Positions 1 through 9,717 of a stretch of DNA of 64,000 bases are shown here, in pieces. The stretch is from a virus. Taxonomy: Duplodnaviria; Caudoviricetes. Position numbers and translations under genes: made by a program. Position 1 is the stretch's first letter, and every line of letters starts with the position of its first letter. The notes below the pieces were generated by a model, which worked only from the letters and a program-made list of their open reading frames with translations, made no database searches and was not told the DNA's origin. The stretch spans positions 32,001 through 96,000 of the IMG/VR virus record IMGVR_UViG_3300020048_000007; one strand, written 5' to 3'.

Positions 1-1
1 T

Positions 2-1054
2 CAAGTTACCAATATTAGCTGGAGACCAGCCTTCAGAAGCAACACCACCAAGAACACCACCATCTTGGTAACGAGAACCCTTCATGGCTTTCATGCCGCC
101 GCGATTCTTTGGCTTGGCTGGCCAATCATGTCCAACTGATTTCTGATAACCGTCTTCTGGCTTACCTACCGAACTCTTGTGTGAACCTTGTGGTCCGCCG
201 TCAACACCATTATCATCGACATCCGACATGGCGACGTTGCGTGTTTTCTTGCGCGGCCATTGTTCGCCGTGGCTGGTTAATTCTGATTCAGCGTTGTGGT
301 CAATTCTGCCTAGTGATGGGGCTTGGACGCCTTTGCCACCCTTTTTCTGCATTTTACCATCGCCGGGCTTGTAATTTCCTGCTGCGAAATCAGGCGAGTA
401 TTCTCTAACCAGTCTTCTACGGCTCATAGCATTCTCCAGTTTAGTCTTCTTGGTGATTTTCTTTTTGCTCTTTCGAGTATCAGTTCCGAAGGCTACTGGT
501 GCTAGAGCTATGGCCGCTGTACCAGTGAATGACTCACTGTGGGTAGCACCGTAGTCTAGTCCATCACCCCGATAGTCATTATTATATTTGTCGGGACGCA
601 CAGTGCCCCTGTAATTAGCCCCAGCAGGAGGAACCACATCCTCAGAGTCAAAATCAAGCTCAAACTCATCATCAGCAAGAAGATCCTTACTGGCATCCAT
701 ATTGGCATAAGGCTTCGTGCTACCGGACATGTTAGTGAGAGAATCACCAACGTTCCGAGCAGAATCACCTCTCGAAGCCACAAGTTGCGGCGGGCTAGGC
801 TGATTAGTCATCCTATTATATGTCGGCTCATCGGCCATAATAGACGTACCAACAGGTCCAAATTCAACATCTTCAGCCATTTCAATAACGTCTCTGGCTA
901 ATTCGTTCAAAGTCTCTTCTTCTTTTTTACGGTCTTTAGAAGATCTTCTAATCTGCTCAATATTATTCATCTTATTAATTCGATAGTCGACATCCTTCAT
1001 TTTAGGAATCTGACTATCGACTTTAGTCACCTTACGAATTGTCTTACGTGCCAT
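2..1054 (-). CDS. Partial low-complexity protein (runs off window start); candidate internal head/scaffold protein
   Basis: Not in the ORF track. Hand translation from ATG at 1054 (MARKTIRKVTKVDSQIPK...) stays open to position 2. AGGAGG lies upstream. Charged, Gly/Pro-rich sequence with L-x-E motifs (TLNEL, KLENA). Confidence 0.75.
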   Translation of the reverse strand, partial: MARKTIRKVTKVDSQIPKMKDVDYRINKMNNIEQIRRSSKDRKKEEETLNELARDVIEMAEDVEFGPVGTSIMADEPTYNRMTNQPSPPQLVASRGDSARNVGDSLTNMSGSTKPYANMDASKDLLADDEFELDFDSEDVVPPAGANYRGTVRPDKYNNDYRGDGLDYGATHSESFTGTAAIALAPVAFGTDTRKSKKKITKKTKLENAMSRRRLVREYSPDFAAGNYKPGDGKMQKKGGKGVQAPSLGRIDHNAESELTSHGEQWPRKKTRNVAMSDVDDNGVDGGPQGSHKSSVGKPEDGYQKSVGHDWPAKPKNRGGMKAMKGSRYQDGGVLGGVASEGWSPANIGNL

Positions 1055-1565
1055 CAGTGGGCCTCCTGTTACCCTTATATTTAGATAAAATCCAATTCTT
1101 CTCAGATATCTCATCGACCAAATGTGAGTCAGACTTAGATAAAAACTCGACAAAAGCAAACCCATCTGTTAACAGGTATTCACACACGAGCTTGTCAGCA
1201 CAAAAATCGCGGACCTGATTCTCCAAACCAGCACCAGAAAAAGACTTCCTACGCGGTATTGTTACAATCTTGCCAGAGAAATAACTCAAAAGCTCATTAA
1301 TCACTACCTTATCAAACCCAGATTTATCAAGTAACATATAAGGAAAATTCCTTTGCAAGAATTCCCTCAGCCTCTCAGCACCGGATGGCTTAGACATCAC
1401 CTCAGCCAAAACAGCTTCCATCAATCTACGATTGTCAGAACAGCCTTTATTCGCTTTAAGCCTTTCAAGAAAACCGCGATAAATAACCACATCAAAACTC
1501 GACAGCCATGACTGCCATACATGAGAAGTACTCAGACCGCAAAATGAAGAAGTATCGATTTTCAT
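1044..1565 (-). CDS. Hypothetical protein
   Basis: 173-aa ORF overlapping both neighbours in a co-directional run. Confidence 0.7.
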   Translation of the reverse strand: MKIDTSSFCGLSTSHVWQSWLSSFDVVIYRGFLERLKANKGCSDNRRLMEAVLAEVMSKPSGAERLREFLQRNFPYMLLDKSGFDKVVINELLSYFSGKIVTIPRRKSFSGAGLENQVRDFCADKLVCEYLLTDGFAFVEFLSKSDSHLVDEISEKNWILSKYKGNRRPTDGT

Positions 1566-3550
1566 GATGGGAATAACACCGCGTCAAATTGGGCGTTGCC
1601 AGTAAGACGGTACATCTCACCTTTTTTGATCATATCTTTAACAACCGAATTGATTGACTCATCATATTTAAAGTTAAAATCACCAGTAAGCAGTAATTTA
1701 ATGCCATTAAAAGTAGGGAACGCGAATGCTACCTTGCCGAAAGGTTTAAAAATATTATAGCACTCACAGCTGGCATCGTCTATAGAGATTATGGCATAAT
1801 CCTGGCCCATTAAATTCACAATACAGCCATCACAGTCTAGCTTCTTCCATGATTTTTCATGCTTCTTTGCATCAGCATAAGGCATAGTGCAATAGCCTGC
1901 TACTACCTTCTGAATATCAATTACCTGCTCGGGCACTATCTCAATAGAAACGTGACCAGACGATATTAGACCAGGTTCAATTGGCAACCACCACTCCGTA
2001 ACACCACCATCATGCTTAAAACTAACCGCTAGACCCTCATATACATCACGTGAATCAGCAGGATCGGTGAATTCGCCTTTATATAGGAAAGAACTATATT
2101 TCTTCCGACTGTTAGACATGTATGTGAAGCGGACATTAGAGCGGAAAGTCTTACCGACTTTAGACCTGGCAACTCTTATGGAAGCCTCATACTTACCATT
2201 GGGTAGCTCGATTTTCACGCTAGTTAATACGCTATTACTGTAAGCTGCATCGATATTAACGGGATATGAGATGGAGTTGGTGGCTTTCTCTGCCGCAAAC
2301 GTGATAAGCTCACCACCTCCATCAGGTCGTGTGACTATGCCAGTATTAACAGGTGGAAGCCCACCACTACTGCTACTAAATGTCGTTCCACTACTAGTTC
2401 CATAATTGGGAGCTGTGGGGAAAGTATCGGTACCGGAACATGCAGGTGTGAAACTATAACCAAGCTCTTGCAAAGACTTAGTGCCTTTAACCTTAGACGC
2501 ATCAGCATCATCTTTGTTATGAAGAGTAATCTTAGACTTACCAAGAGCTGATGCTGCGACACTTTCCATATGCCGCCTATTGTCTACATTCTTAGTAAGA
2601 GAAATGCATTTTTCTAAAGCACATCCAAGAGCGGCTTTCTGGGTGTCGAACATATCGGACATATTTTTAACCCAAGCAGTCACTACAGCTTCGTAACTTG
2701 CCTTCAGCGCAGTAACCTGGGTTGTAAAATGGCTAAAAATACTGTCAAGCATCTGATCAATATCAACATAGTTTATCTTATTAGATCCAGTACTTGTATC
2801 GAATGCCAGAATCCAAGGGCTTTGACTACTTGCTGTCGCTAATTGCTGAGCAGCCAGAGCCCCCACAGCTTGCCTCGTAAACGATAAGACCTTTTTGTTT
2901 TCATCAAGAGGATCAGTGATCAATTTAGCGCCAGTTAGAACAGTATTGAGCCCGATATTTGGCGAAGCAGAGTAAGTCTCCTGCGTAGCGCTATAAATGC
3001 AAGGAACCCCCTTCCCGGGCAACCCTGTGTCTCCCGGAGGTCCAGAAAAGATAGAAGGCTGACCAGCAGGGCCAACGGGTCCAATATCACCATCAGGGCC
3101 AGCAGGCCCAAAAAATTCTACACTGCCAAGCGCAGTCATTTCAGCTAAAAACGACTCCAGATCAATACTAAAATCAATGCCATACGTAAAACTATGGATT
3201 TTAAAGTCAAAATCCTGAGAAATATTATCACCGAACTCATCAATATTTTGGGCATTCAACTTGGACTTAATCACCAAATTGTCATCACCAGACTCTAGCT
3301 GGATGAAACCCCGGTCATAAACGCAATCACCCACAGTTAGGGTCGACTGAGGTGGCGGTATTAGCATCCTAGATAGCTTGCGATAATCCGAAGCAGATAG
3401 AGCTCCCGAGGTCCTATTAGTAGCAGTCTGAAGAGGGATACGCCCAGTGAGGGTCTGAATCCAAGTTCTCAGAGTAGCTTCATACGTATACAATGTACCG
3501 TCCGGTGAAAGAAAGCTCTGCCCGTCAGTTGGATTTTCTGGAAAAATCAT
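1562..3550 (-). CDS. Collagen-like fibre/virion structural protein
   Basis: Likely start MIFPENPTDGQ at 3550 (ATGA overlap with the upstream stop; ORF track starts 3565). The N-terminal FP-x-NPT-x-GQ...YTY...W motif is typical of phage fibre proteins. G-X-Y triplets (GPAGPDGDIGPVGPAG). Confidence 0.7.
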   Translation of the reverse strand: MIFPENPTDGQSFLSPDGTLYTYEATLRTWIQTLTGRIPLQTATNRTSGALSASDYRKLSRMLIPPPQSTLTVGDCVYDRGFIQLESGDDNLVIKSKLNAQNIDEFGDNISQDFDFKIHSFTYGIDFSIDLESFLAEMTALGSVEFFGPAGPDGDIGPVGPAGQPSIFSGPPGDTGLPGKGVPCIYSATQETYSASPNIGLNTVLTGAKLITDPLDENKKVLSFTRQAVGALAAQQLATASSQSPWILAFDTSTGSNKINYVDIDQMLDSIFSHFTTQVTALKASYEAVVTAWVKNMSDMFDTQKAALGCALEKCISLTKNVDNRRHMESVAASALGKSKITLHNKDDADASKVKGTKSLQELGYSFTPACSGTDTFPTAPNYGTSSGTTFSSSSGGLPPVNTGIVTRPDGGGELITFAAEKATNSISYPVNIDAAYSNSVLTSVKIELPNGKYEASIRVARSKVGKTFRSNVRFTYMSNSRKKYSSFLYKGEFTDPADSRDVYEGLAVSFKHDGGVTEWWLPIEPGLISSGHVSIEIVPEQVIDIQKVVAGYCTMPYADAKKHEKSWKKLDCDGCIVNLMGQDYAIISIDDASCECYNIFKPFGKVAFAFPTFNGIKLLLTGDFNFKYDESINSVVKDMIKKGEMYRLTGNAQFDAVLFPS

Positions 3551-6500
3551 ATCATAACACTCCATACTCTTTTGCCAACGACCATGTGAGATGCTTCCTT
3601 ACCAGATGACGCTTGCATAGCATGAATATAGTCCGCATCAGTAGCCATCGCCAATAAGGGCGACGCAGCAGGAGGAGAGACCGCAGGAGGTGACACCGCA
3701 GGAGGTGATACTGCTGGAGGAGAGACCGCAGGAGGAGAGACCGCAGGAGGTGAGACCGCAGGAGGTGAGACTGCAGGAGGTGATACCGCAGGAGGTGATA
3801 CCGCAGGTGGTGAGGCTGCTGGTGGCGAAGCTGCTGGTGGCGAAGCTGCGGGTGGTGAGGCTGCGGGTGGTGAGGCTGCTGGCGGCGAAGCTGCGGGTGG
3901 TGAGGCTGCAGGCGGTGAGGCTGCTGGCGGCGAAGCTGCGGGTGGTGAGGCTGCAGGCGGAGATATGGCGGGTGGTGAAATAGCGGGCGGTAGAGCCGCA
4001 GGTGGCGCTGCTGCTGGCGGTGCTGCAGCAGGAGGTGATGCAGCGGGTGGTGAAACACTTGAGGACGAAGATGAGGAAGCAGATGATGAGGACGGAGTAC
4101 CACCGCAACCGAGGAATGTAATCGCGTACTGCACTGACGGAGCCCTGAATTCACACATAGTGAGCTCATTAGCGATATTGCTAAGAATATCTCTTGCTTT
4201 GCCATCCAAAGAATTAATGTAATCTTTTACCTGCAAACCCCATTTCTCATCGATCTGAGCTAATAGTGTCTTGTACTTATCCGCATATCCTTGAAGCATC
4301 TCAGACAGTTTCATGGTGGCATTAACTTCCACCGTATTAGATGCAGGACCTTTTGGTACTCTGGCAACAAATGGGTCTGTCGGAGAAGTGTCAATATTGG
4401 GATTGATAATAGTAATATTAAAGCAACTATCTAAAGTGATTGCTCTATTTAATCTGGATGCGATAATCCTGTTTGGCGCGACGTTTAAAACATTTAATGG
4501 TGCCTTCGTCAAGACGAGTTTACAGCCATTATCGCCATTGTTTACGATTTGTATGTCAACTATGGCTTCATTTGTTAGGCCACTACCGTCGACATAGTTT
4601 ACACCGCTTACTTTGCAAATCCCATCAGCTGGTTCGCCTTGCAAGCCGATAAGACCTTTTGGTCCATCACTAAAACCATCAGGGCCAGCAGGGCCTGCCG
4701 GACCAGTCTGACCTTTTGTCCCAGTCGGGCCTGGGTTATAGAATAAAAATCCTTTTTTGTATGCATCACTAATCCTAAAGTCAATATATTCGGTCTGTGT
4801 CTCTTGGTTTAACCCATTTGTGACACATCCATTTCTTCCGGTAATAGTTATACTGTTACTGACTATTTTGATATCGCCAGAAATCACACCATGCGGGTTG
4901 TCACGAGATTTTAATTTTTCCCTATTGTCTATTAAGATACCGAACCCACCAGGGGCGGCTGGTACCCGATCTATGGCAGTCTTCTCAGCTCCGCTAATGA
5001 GACCGCAATTATCTGCGGACGCGAGTACACCATCAGCTGTTGTCCCCGTCCGCACCCATTCCTTCAGAGAGCTGTAGTAAACCCACCGAACACCACCGTA
5101 ATCTATTCTGGTATCGACGTATTCGCTCAAACTGTTTGGTACAAGCTCAGTCCTCAGACTACTACAATCTAGATAGCTTGCACCATTAACAAGAGCTGCA
5201 CCATCAGGCCCCACTGATAGAGGTAAAACACCAAAACACTTGGCATCAGAATCTAATGTGTCATAGTTAATCGGAGCAATATCGATTACCGACCCGCATT
5301 CATAGCTTGGAACATTGGTGATGACTGGAGGGGAGGCAACTACCTGTTTTTCTAGCTGTGTGTATGTTATGATTCTTGGTGACGATGGTGAAGATTCTGA
5401 TGGTATGTCTATGACTTCTTCAGCGACCTGCGCTAAGATATCGTCACCATTAGTTCCTGGCAATGACGGGTTAATAGGTCCCGATTCGGTGTTTGGAAGA
5501 GCGATAGGTAATTGTTTTGGGGGGTCTGGTATGATTATAGGATCTGGTTGAATAACTGGGGGTGGCACGTATGGCGGAACGATCGGCGTGATAACCTGCT
5601 TTGGAGTTCCTGAGCCTCTATTATAAATCGCCAGAACATCATAGCCAGTTATGTCTGTGTCGTAAACTCTGACGTCGTCATAATATGATAAACCTGGCAA
5701 GCTAAATTTAAAGCCAGCAGATCCTAAACGATCGCTATACGTATAAGGTGTTGGATCTGGTCTGCCAAAGTAACCAGTGTTTTTAGAATCTTTGAAACGC
5801 CCAAATCCAAGTGGGGTTCGGTGATCAGTGTCAAGCCACGAAAAATTGGTATTATAAAAATTGATATTGAATTCAGAAAATGGCTTGCCGTCTTTATAGA
5901 TGATTAACCTTTGGTATTGGTGTGAGTAGACCATCGCAAAATGTGAAAAATCAGGGTATACTGCTATCTCCGGGAACGGTATCGTCGTAGGTCCCGGTAA
6001 GTCAAGGACGTAACCCTTATCACTATGCATAATCATACCGAACATACTATACAAATATAGTTCGAATTGATTTCTATTTGTTGTCTGTAGAATACCGTCT
6101 TGATCTACAGTTCTAATTGGGCTAAAATCATTATATCCGACGGCCATCCAAAAGCAGAGAGACGTGTTGCGGTACTTCGAGTTAAATAGGTTAGAATTAG
6201 GCCAATTATTGTAAGCAGTATCGTTAAAATCTGTAATCACGGAATTGGGTGATATGACTACATCTCTATTATCCTTACCAATCCTAAGGCATTCACCTAC
6301 CGCACCGATTTCGAAACTACAACCACTTTTATACAAATTGTACGGCATGCTTGACACTTTGCCGCCATACGTTGCCTTATAGGGCTTCGGATTCACTGAG
6401 TCATATGTAAAATTGCCTCTACCAAATGCTGTTATCTCCTCCGGCGTCTGTGTTATGCCAGAGTCAGAATCAAATTTTAAGTGCCTTCTTGGCTCTATCC

Positions 6501-7332
6501 CTAAACCTTCTAATTTATCCTGTTCTTCGCTAGGATTATTAAAATTGTAGATCTCTTCCGTCGGTTTTGAAGCAGGGATTCTTACGGAGTTGAATTTATC
6601 ATCGTATATTCTTAAATCATCCAGACAACCATTCAACCTTATCTGGTTGATTAATAATGCTCCAAAAGAAAAGTCGATATTAAGGTTTGTGCTAACTAGT
6701 GTCTTTTCATCATTAACACTAACCTCTATATCAGCTTGAGAGCTCGCTTGTGGTTTAGGTTTAACGGTTATTGCTACAAAATACCAGACATCTCTCTCTA
6801 TTTTAGGGCCGAACTGCGTGGATTTGCCGTTATAAGTAAAATTAAAAAAACTCGTCTTGGTGTTTAAAATAACCGCCAGTCCACCACCGTTGCCTAAAAA
6901 CTCAATTCTAGGCACCAAATCACCATAAATTGAAGTCGGTGGCGAATTTGGTGTAGAGCCAGTGGGAAAACCTAGAACATTGTATTCTAAGCTGGAATAT
7001 TTCAGCCAACAAGTTATTCTAGTACCATCTTTTATGCGAGTCACAACAGGGTTAGCGAGCTGGTTAGTGTTCGGGCTCCCGAACTTTAAAGAAGCATAGC
7101 CCTTAAAACATTGCCCAAGCTTACCATCTGTTAAAAATTCACCATCACCCAGTAATGTACAGCCAGAATGTTTCGTGCCATTCCAGTCAGCTACGAGAAA
7201 ACCATCAGGAAACATTTCCGGCTTTGGCAGCGGTTTGCCGTTTTTATCGGTCGCAAATTGGTAAACGTCATCAAGTACTACTACGCTATCATGCAGGTTG
7301 CCATTAAACTTCCAATAATGTAGCAGGCCCAT
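3547..7332 (-). CDS. Large adhesin/fibre-like protein: two LamG/ConA-like domains, Pro-rich linker, collagen segment, SPPA(A/V) tail
   Basis: LamG-type motifs LHYWKFNGNL, WYFVAITV...LDDLRIY and a second HFAMVY...YYDDVRVY. Collagen GPTGTKGQTGPAGPAGPDG. C-terminal pentapeptide repeat. Confidence 0.75.
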   Translation of the reverse strand: MGLLHYWKFNGNLHDSVVVLDDVYQFATDKNGKPLPKPEMFPDGFLVADWNGTKHSGCTLLGDGEFLTDGKLGQCFKGYASLKFGSPNTNQLANPVVTRIKDGTRITCWLKYSSLEYNVLGFPTGSTPNSPPTSIYGDLVPRIEFLGNGGGLAVILNTKTSFFNFTYNGKSTQFGPKIERDVWYFVAITVKPKPQASSQADIEVSVNDEKTLVSTNLNIDFSFGALLINQIRLNGCLDDLRIYDDKFNSVRIPASKPTEEIYNFNNPSEEQDKLEGLGIEPRRHLKFDSDSGITQTPEEITAFGRGNFTYDSVNPKPYKATYGGKVSSMPYNLYKSGCSFEIGAVGECLRIGKDNRDVVISPNSVITDFNDTAYNNWPNSNLFNSKYRNTSLCFWMAVGYNDFSPIRTVDQDGILQTTNRNQFELYLYSMFGMIMHSDKGYVLDLPGPTTIPFPEIAVYPDFSHFAMVYSHQYQRLIIYKDGKPFSEFNINFYNTNFSWLDTDHRTPLGFGRFKDSKNTGYFGRPDPTPYTYSDRLGSAGFKFSLPGLSYYDDVRVYDTDITGYDVLAIYNRGSGTPKQVITPIVPPYVPPPVIQPDPIIIPDPPKQLPIALPNTESGPINPSLPGTNGDDILAQVAEEVIDIPSESSPSSPRIITYTQLEKQVVASPPVITNVPSYECGSVIDIAPINYDTLDSDAKCFGVLPLSVGPDGAALVNGASYLDCSSLRTELVPNSLSEYVDTRIDYGGVRWVYYSSLKEWVRTGTTADGVLASADNCGLISGAEKTAIDRVPAAPGGFGILIDNREKLKSRDNPHGVISGDIKIVSNSITITGRNGCVTNGLNQETQTEYIDFRISDAYKKGFLFYNPGPTGTKGQTGPAGPAGPDGFSDGPKGLIGLQGEPADGICKVSGVNYVDGSGLTNEAIVDIQIVNNGDNGCKLVLTKAPLNVLNVAPNRIIASRLNRAITLDSCFNITIINPNIDTSPTDPFVARVPKGPASNTVEVNATMKLSEMLQGYADKYKTLLAQIDEKWGLQVKDYINSLDGKARDILSNIANELTMCEFRAPSVQYAITFLGCGGTPSSSSASSSSSSSVSPPAASPPAAAPPAAAPPAALPPAISPPAISPPAASPPAASPPAASPPAASPPAASPPAASPPAASPPAASPPAASPPAASPPAVSPPAVSPPAVSPPAVSPPAVSPPAVSPPAVSPPAVSPPAVSPPAASPLLAMATDADYIHAMQASSGKEASHMVVGKRVWSVMI
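3664..4053 (-). repeat. 15-bp coding tandem repeat, 26 units encoding (S/A/L)PPA(A/V/I)
   Basis: Visible directly in the DNA. One block is built from gaggctgctggtggc-like units (SPPAA) and one from gagaccgcaggagg-like units (SPPAV). Confidence 0.95.
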
Positions 7333-7442
7333 TTGGTTTCTCGTAATGGCTAGTGGCTTATTATCTTATCTTTAATTACTGAATATTCAATCATCACAAA
7401 AGCCAATATATCTGGATTAAAATAGATTAGACAAAGGAGACC

Positions 7443-8912
7443 GTGATGCCAGACTTCGTCGCACTTAAAGTAAAAGAAGCAAACCAAGACCAATTACTAA
7501 AGAACCCAAACGTAATCGGCACAGGAATAGGCAACAAAATAATAGATGGCAACAGGCAATCTGCTATCATCGTCTTCGTAGAACAAAAACTGCCAAAAGA
7601 CGAAGTAATAGCAAAATACTCAGCCGAAGAGTTGATACCAAAAACACTACAAGGTATACCCACAAGAATTATAGAAACTGGAAAAATAGTCCCACAAGGA
7701 TTTATGGAAAGAGTAAGACCAATCAGACCGGGGTATAGCTCAGGACACGCAACCATAACAGCAGGGACAATAGGTGGAATATTCAAAGACAAAGACGGTG
7801 ACATAGTCGCGCTATCAAATAACCACGTCTTTGCTGCAGAAAATCGGGCTCTAATAGGTGACCCAATCTACCAGCCAGGACGCATGGACGCACAAGCTGG
7901 CAGCATAATGTTCACAAACTGGGATCAGCCCGTATCTAATAAGCCCTACTTCGGGACACTGAAAAAATTCATGGCCCTAAATAGGTCAAATAACCTACAT
8001 GATTCTGCCATAGCGAAAATACACCCATCATACGTCGACAGTGGTTTAATTGACACAAGATATCCACAGCTTGATAAGCCTCTGGCAGGGATTGCCTCGG
8101 CAGCAATCAACCAAGACGTACAGAAGTGTGGTAGGACGACAGGTCTCACAGCAGGCAAAGTGGTGGCGTTACACGGCTCATTTACCATCGGATATGATTT
8201 TGGGCAAGCGAGGTTTAATGATTGTATAGTGCTGACTGGAATGAGTGCTGGAGGTGATAGCGGGAGCGTTATCATGGATACCAACATGAATGCAGTCGGC
8301 TTACTTTTTGCAGGCAGCGGTAAGGTCACTCTTGCCAGCCCGATTCAGTATGTCATTTCTGAATATGGCTTGACAGTTTACAACGACCAGATAAAATCTC
8401 AATCTGCTGAACATTCCAAAGATTGGACCATGCATTCTGCGAACGGTGTGGTCATCGGCACTCCAGCCACCATGACTGTTAAGTCGAATAATAATTCAGC
8501 ATGTTACGTCGAAAGGAAAATCGGCAGGGCTAATTCGATAAGTGTCAAGATTAACACGATGAACGATAAGGATACTGATTTCGGACCGTCACTCGCCTTA
8601 CTATTTGATGATAATTTCATCAAATTAACATTGGGCTCTGATGGAGTGTCGCTTAGCACCAAGGATTCAATGATAAAATCGGACCTTAAGCCTTTACAGT
8701 CCACCGAGTATATGTTGAGATTGCGCTTGAGGGGCAACGTTTGGAATGCTGATATCCTTGACGATACCGATTGGGTTTCGATCGGGTCAGTATCCATCGC
8801 CGCTGATCCTATTTTGGCCAGGATCGGTAAGCTAGATAAAGCTGCTTCCTGCAGCATGGAGCAGGGAAGCAGCCAAGTATCTTCTTATTATAGTGATTTC
8901 AAGATCAGTTGA
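7443..8912 (+). CDS. Trypsin-like (S1/PA clan) serine protease with N-terminal pro-region and beta-rich C-terminal domain
   Basis: Catalytic triad motifs in order: LSNNHV (His), DSAIA (Asp), GGDSGS (Ser). AAGGAG RBS before GTG/ATG. Confidence 0.85.
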   Translation: MMPDFVALKVKEANQDQLLKNPNVIGTGIGNKIIDGNRQSAIIVFVEQKLPKDEVIAKYSAEELIPKTLQGIPTRIIETGKIVPQGFMERVRPIRPGYSSGHATITAGTIGGIFKDKDGDIVALSNNHVFAAENRALIGDPIYQPGRMDAQAGSIMFTNWDQPVSNKPYFGTLKKFMALNRSNNLHDSAIAKIHPSYVDSGLIDTRYPQLDKPLAGIASAAINQDVQKCGRTTGLTAGKVVALHGSFTIGYDFGQARFNDCIVLTGMSAGGDSGSVIMDTNMNAVGLLFAGSGKVTLASPIQYVISEYGLTVYNDQIKSQSAEHSKDWTMHSANGVVIGTPATMTVKSNNNSACYVERKIGRANSISVKINTMNDKDTDFGPSLALLFDDNFIKLTLGSDGVSLSTKDSMIKSDLKPLQSTEYMLRLRLRGNVWNADILDDTDWVSIGSVSIAADPILARIGKLDKAASCSMEQGSSQVSSYYSDFKIS

Positions 8913-9288
8913 CGATTTCTGCGTCTTCTGTTTCGGTGCCGGTGTCTTTTTCGCCGTAGTGATCGTCTTCACAGACGATCCAACGGTTACTTGACCTTAT
9001 CCACATATCGTCATCGTCACCGTCTTCATCATCATCTTCGCCATCTTCATCGTCTTCATCGTCTTCTTCATCATCATCTTCGTCGTCTTCGTCTTCTTTT
9101 GTACCTAATCCCCATCCGTAGTCCCCGTCATCATCCTCTTCTTCTTCGTCATCTTCATAGTCGTCGTCATCTTCATCGTACTTAAGAATAACGTTACCTA
9201 GTTCTTCTAGGCGTGATACGTCATCGACTAGAAAGTCATAGGTAAATCGAAAAGGATCATGTTGCAACCACTTGGTGATTTTCAGCAT
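8905..9288 (-). CDS. Highly acidic (Asp/Glu-rich) small protein
   Basis: 127 aa with two long D/E tracts separated by YGWGLG. GGAGGGA RBS upstream. Confidence 0.75.
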   Translation of the reverse strand: MLKITKWLQHDPFRFTYDFLVDDVSRLEELGNVILKYDEDDDDYEDDEEEEDDDGDYGWGLGTKEDEDDEDDDEEDDEDDEDGEDDDEDGDDDDMWIRSSNRWIVCEDDHYGEKDTGTETEDAEIVN

Positions 9289-9372
9289 GGCTCGTTCCCT
9301 CCATTCATGACATCCGTATGTTCAACAACTAAATACATCCTGATCCATTAAAATATATTTTGAGGCGAAACA

Positions 9373-9717
9373 ATGTTTGACAACTACGAAGATTTCTTCA
9401 AAAAAAGCGACGCTGATATTGAAGAATTGACATATGGCCAGATGATGCATGCTCTAGCTGGTGAGTCAGGCAGTACCAATCACTCACACACCACGAAAAC
9501 CCATACAGCCACTTCAATTCATCGTACCAATGAGTTGCCGCAAACGGCCAAAGCACAACGCCTAATAGACGGTAACTACTATGAATGGATAGAGGCTGAT
9601 AAAAAATGGATAAAAATCATAGAAGACAGCCCAGAACCACCAGCCCACTGGGAGCCAGGCTTATTCGATGGAGAAATCAGAAAATACATCCCATCAAACC
9701 CTGAGCACAGCCAATAA
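9373..9717 (+). CDS. Hypothetical protein
   Basis: 114-aa ORF with a GAGG RBS; first gene of a plus-strand run. Confidence 0.65.
   Translation: MFDNYEDFFKKSDADIEELTYGQMMHALAGESGSTNHSHTTKTHTATSIHRTNELPQTAKAQRLIDGNYYEWIEADKKWIKIIEDSPEPPAHWEPGLFDGEIRKYIPSNPEHSQ

Noticed and set aside
1044-1565. Mor-like activator motif (LLSYFSGKIVTIPRR)
   Set aside because: The similarity covers only about 15 residues, and no C-terminal HTH is evident.
3552-4222. Alternative-frame and antisense ORFs over the SPPA repeat (His/Pro/Gln-rich 217 aa, 156 aa, 97 aa, 85 aa)
   Set aside because: They are shadows of the 15-bp coding repeat, which has no stops in other frames.
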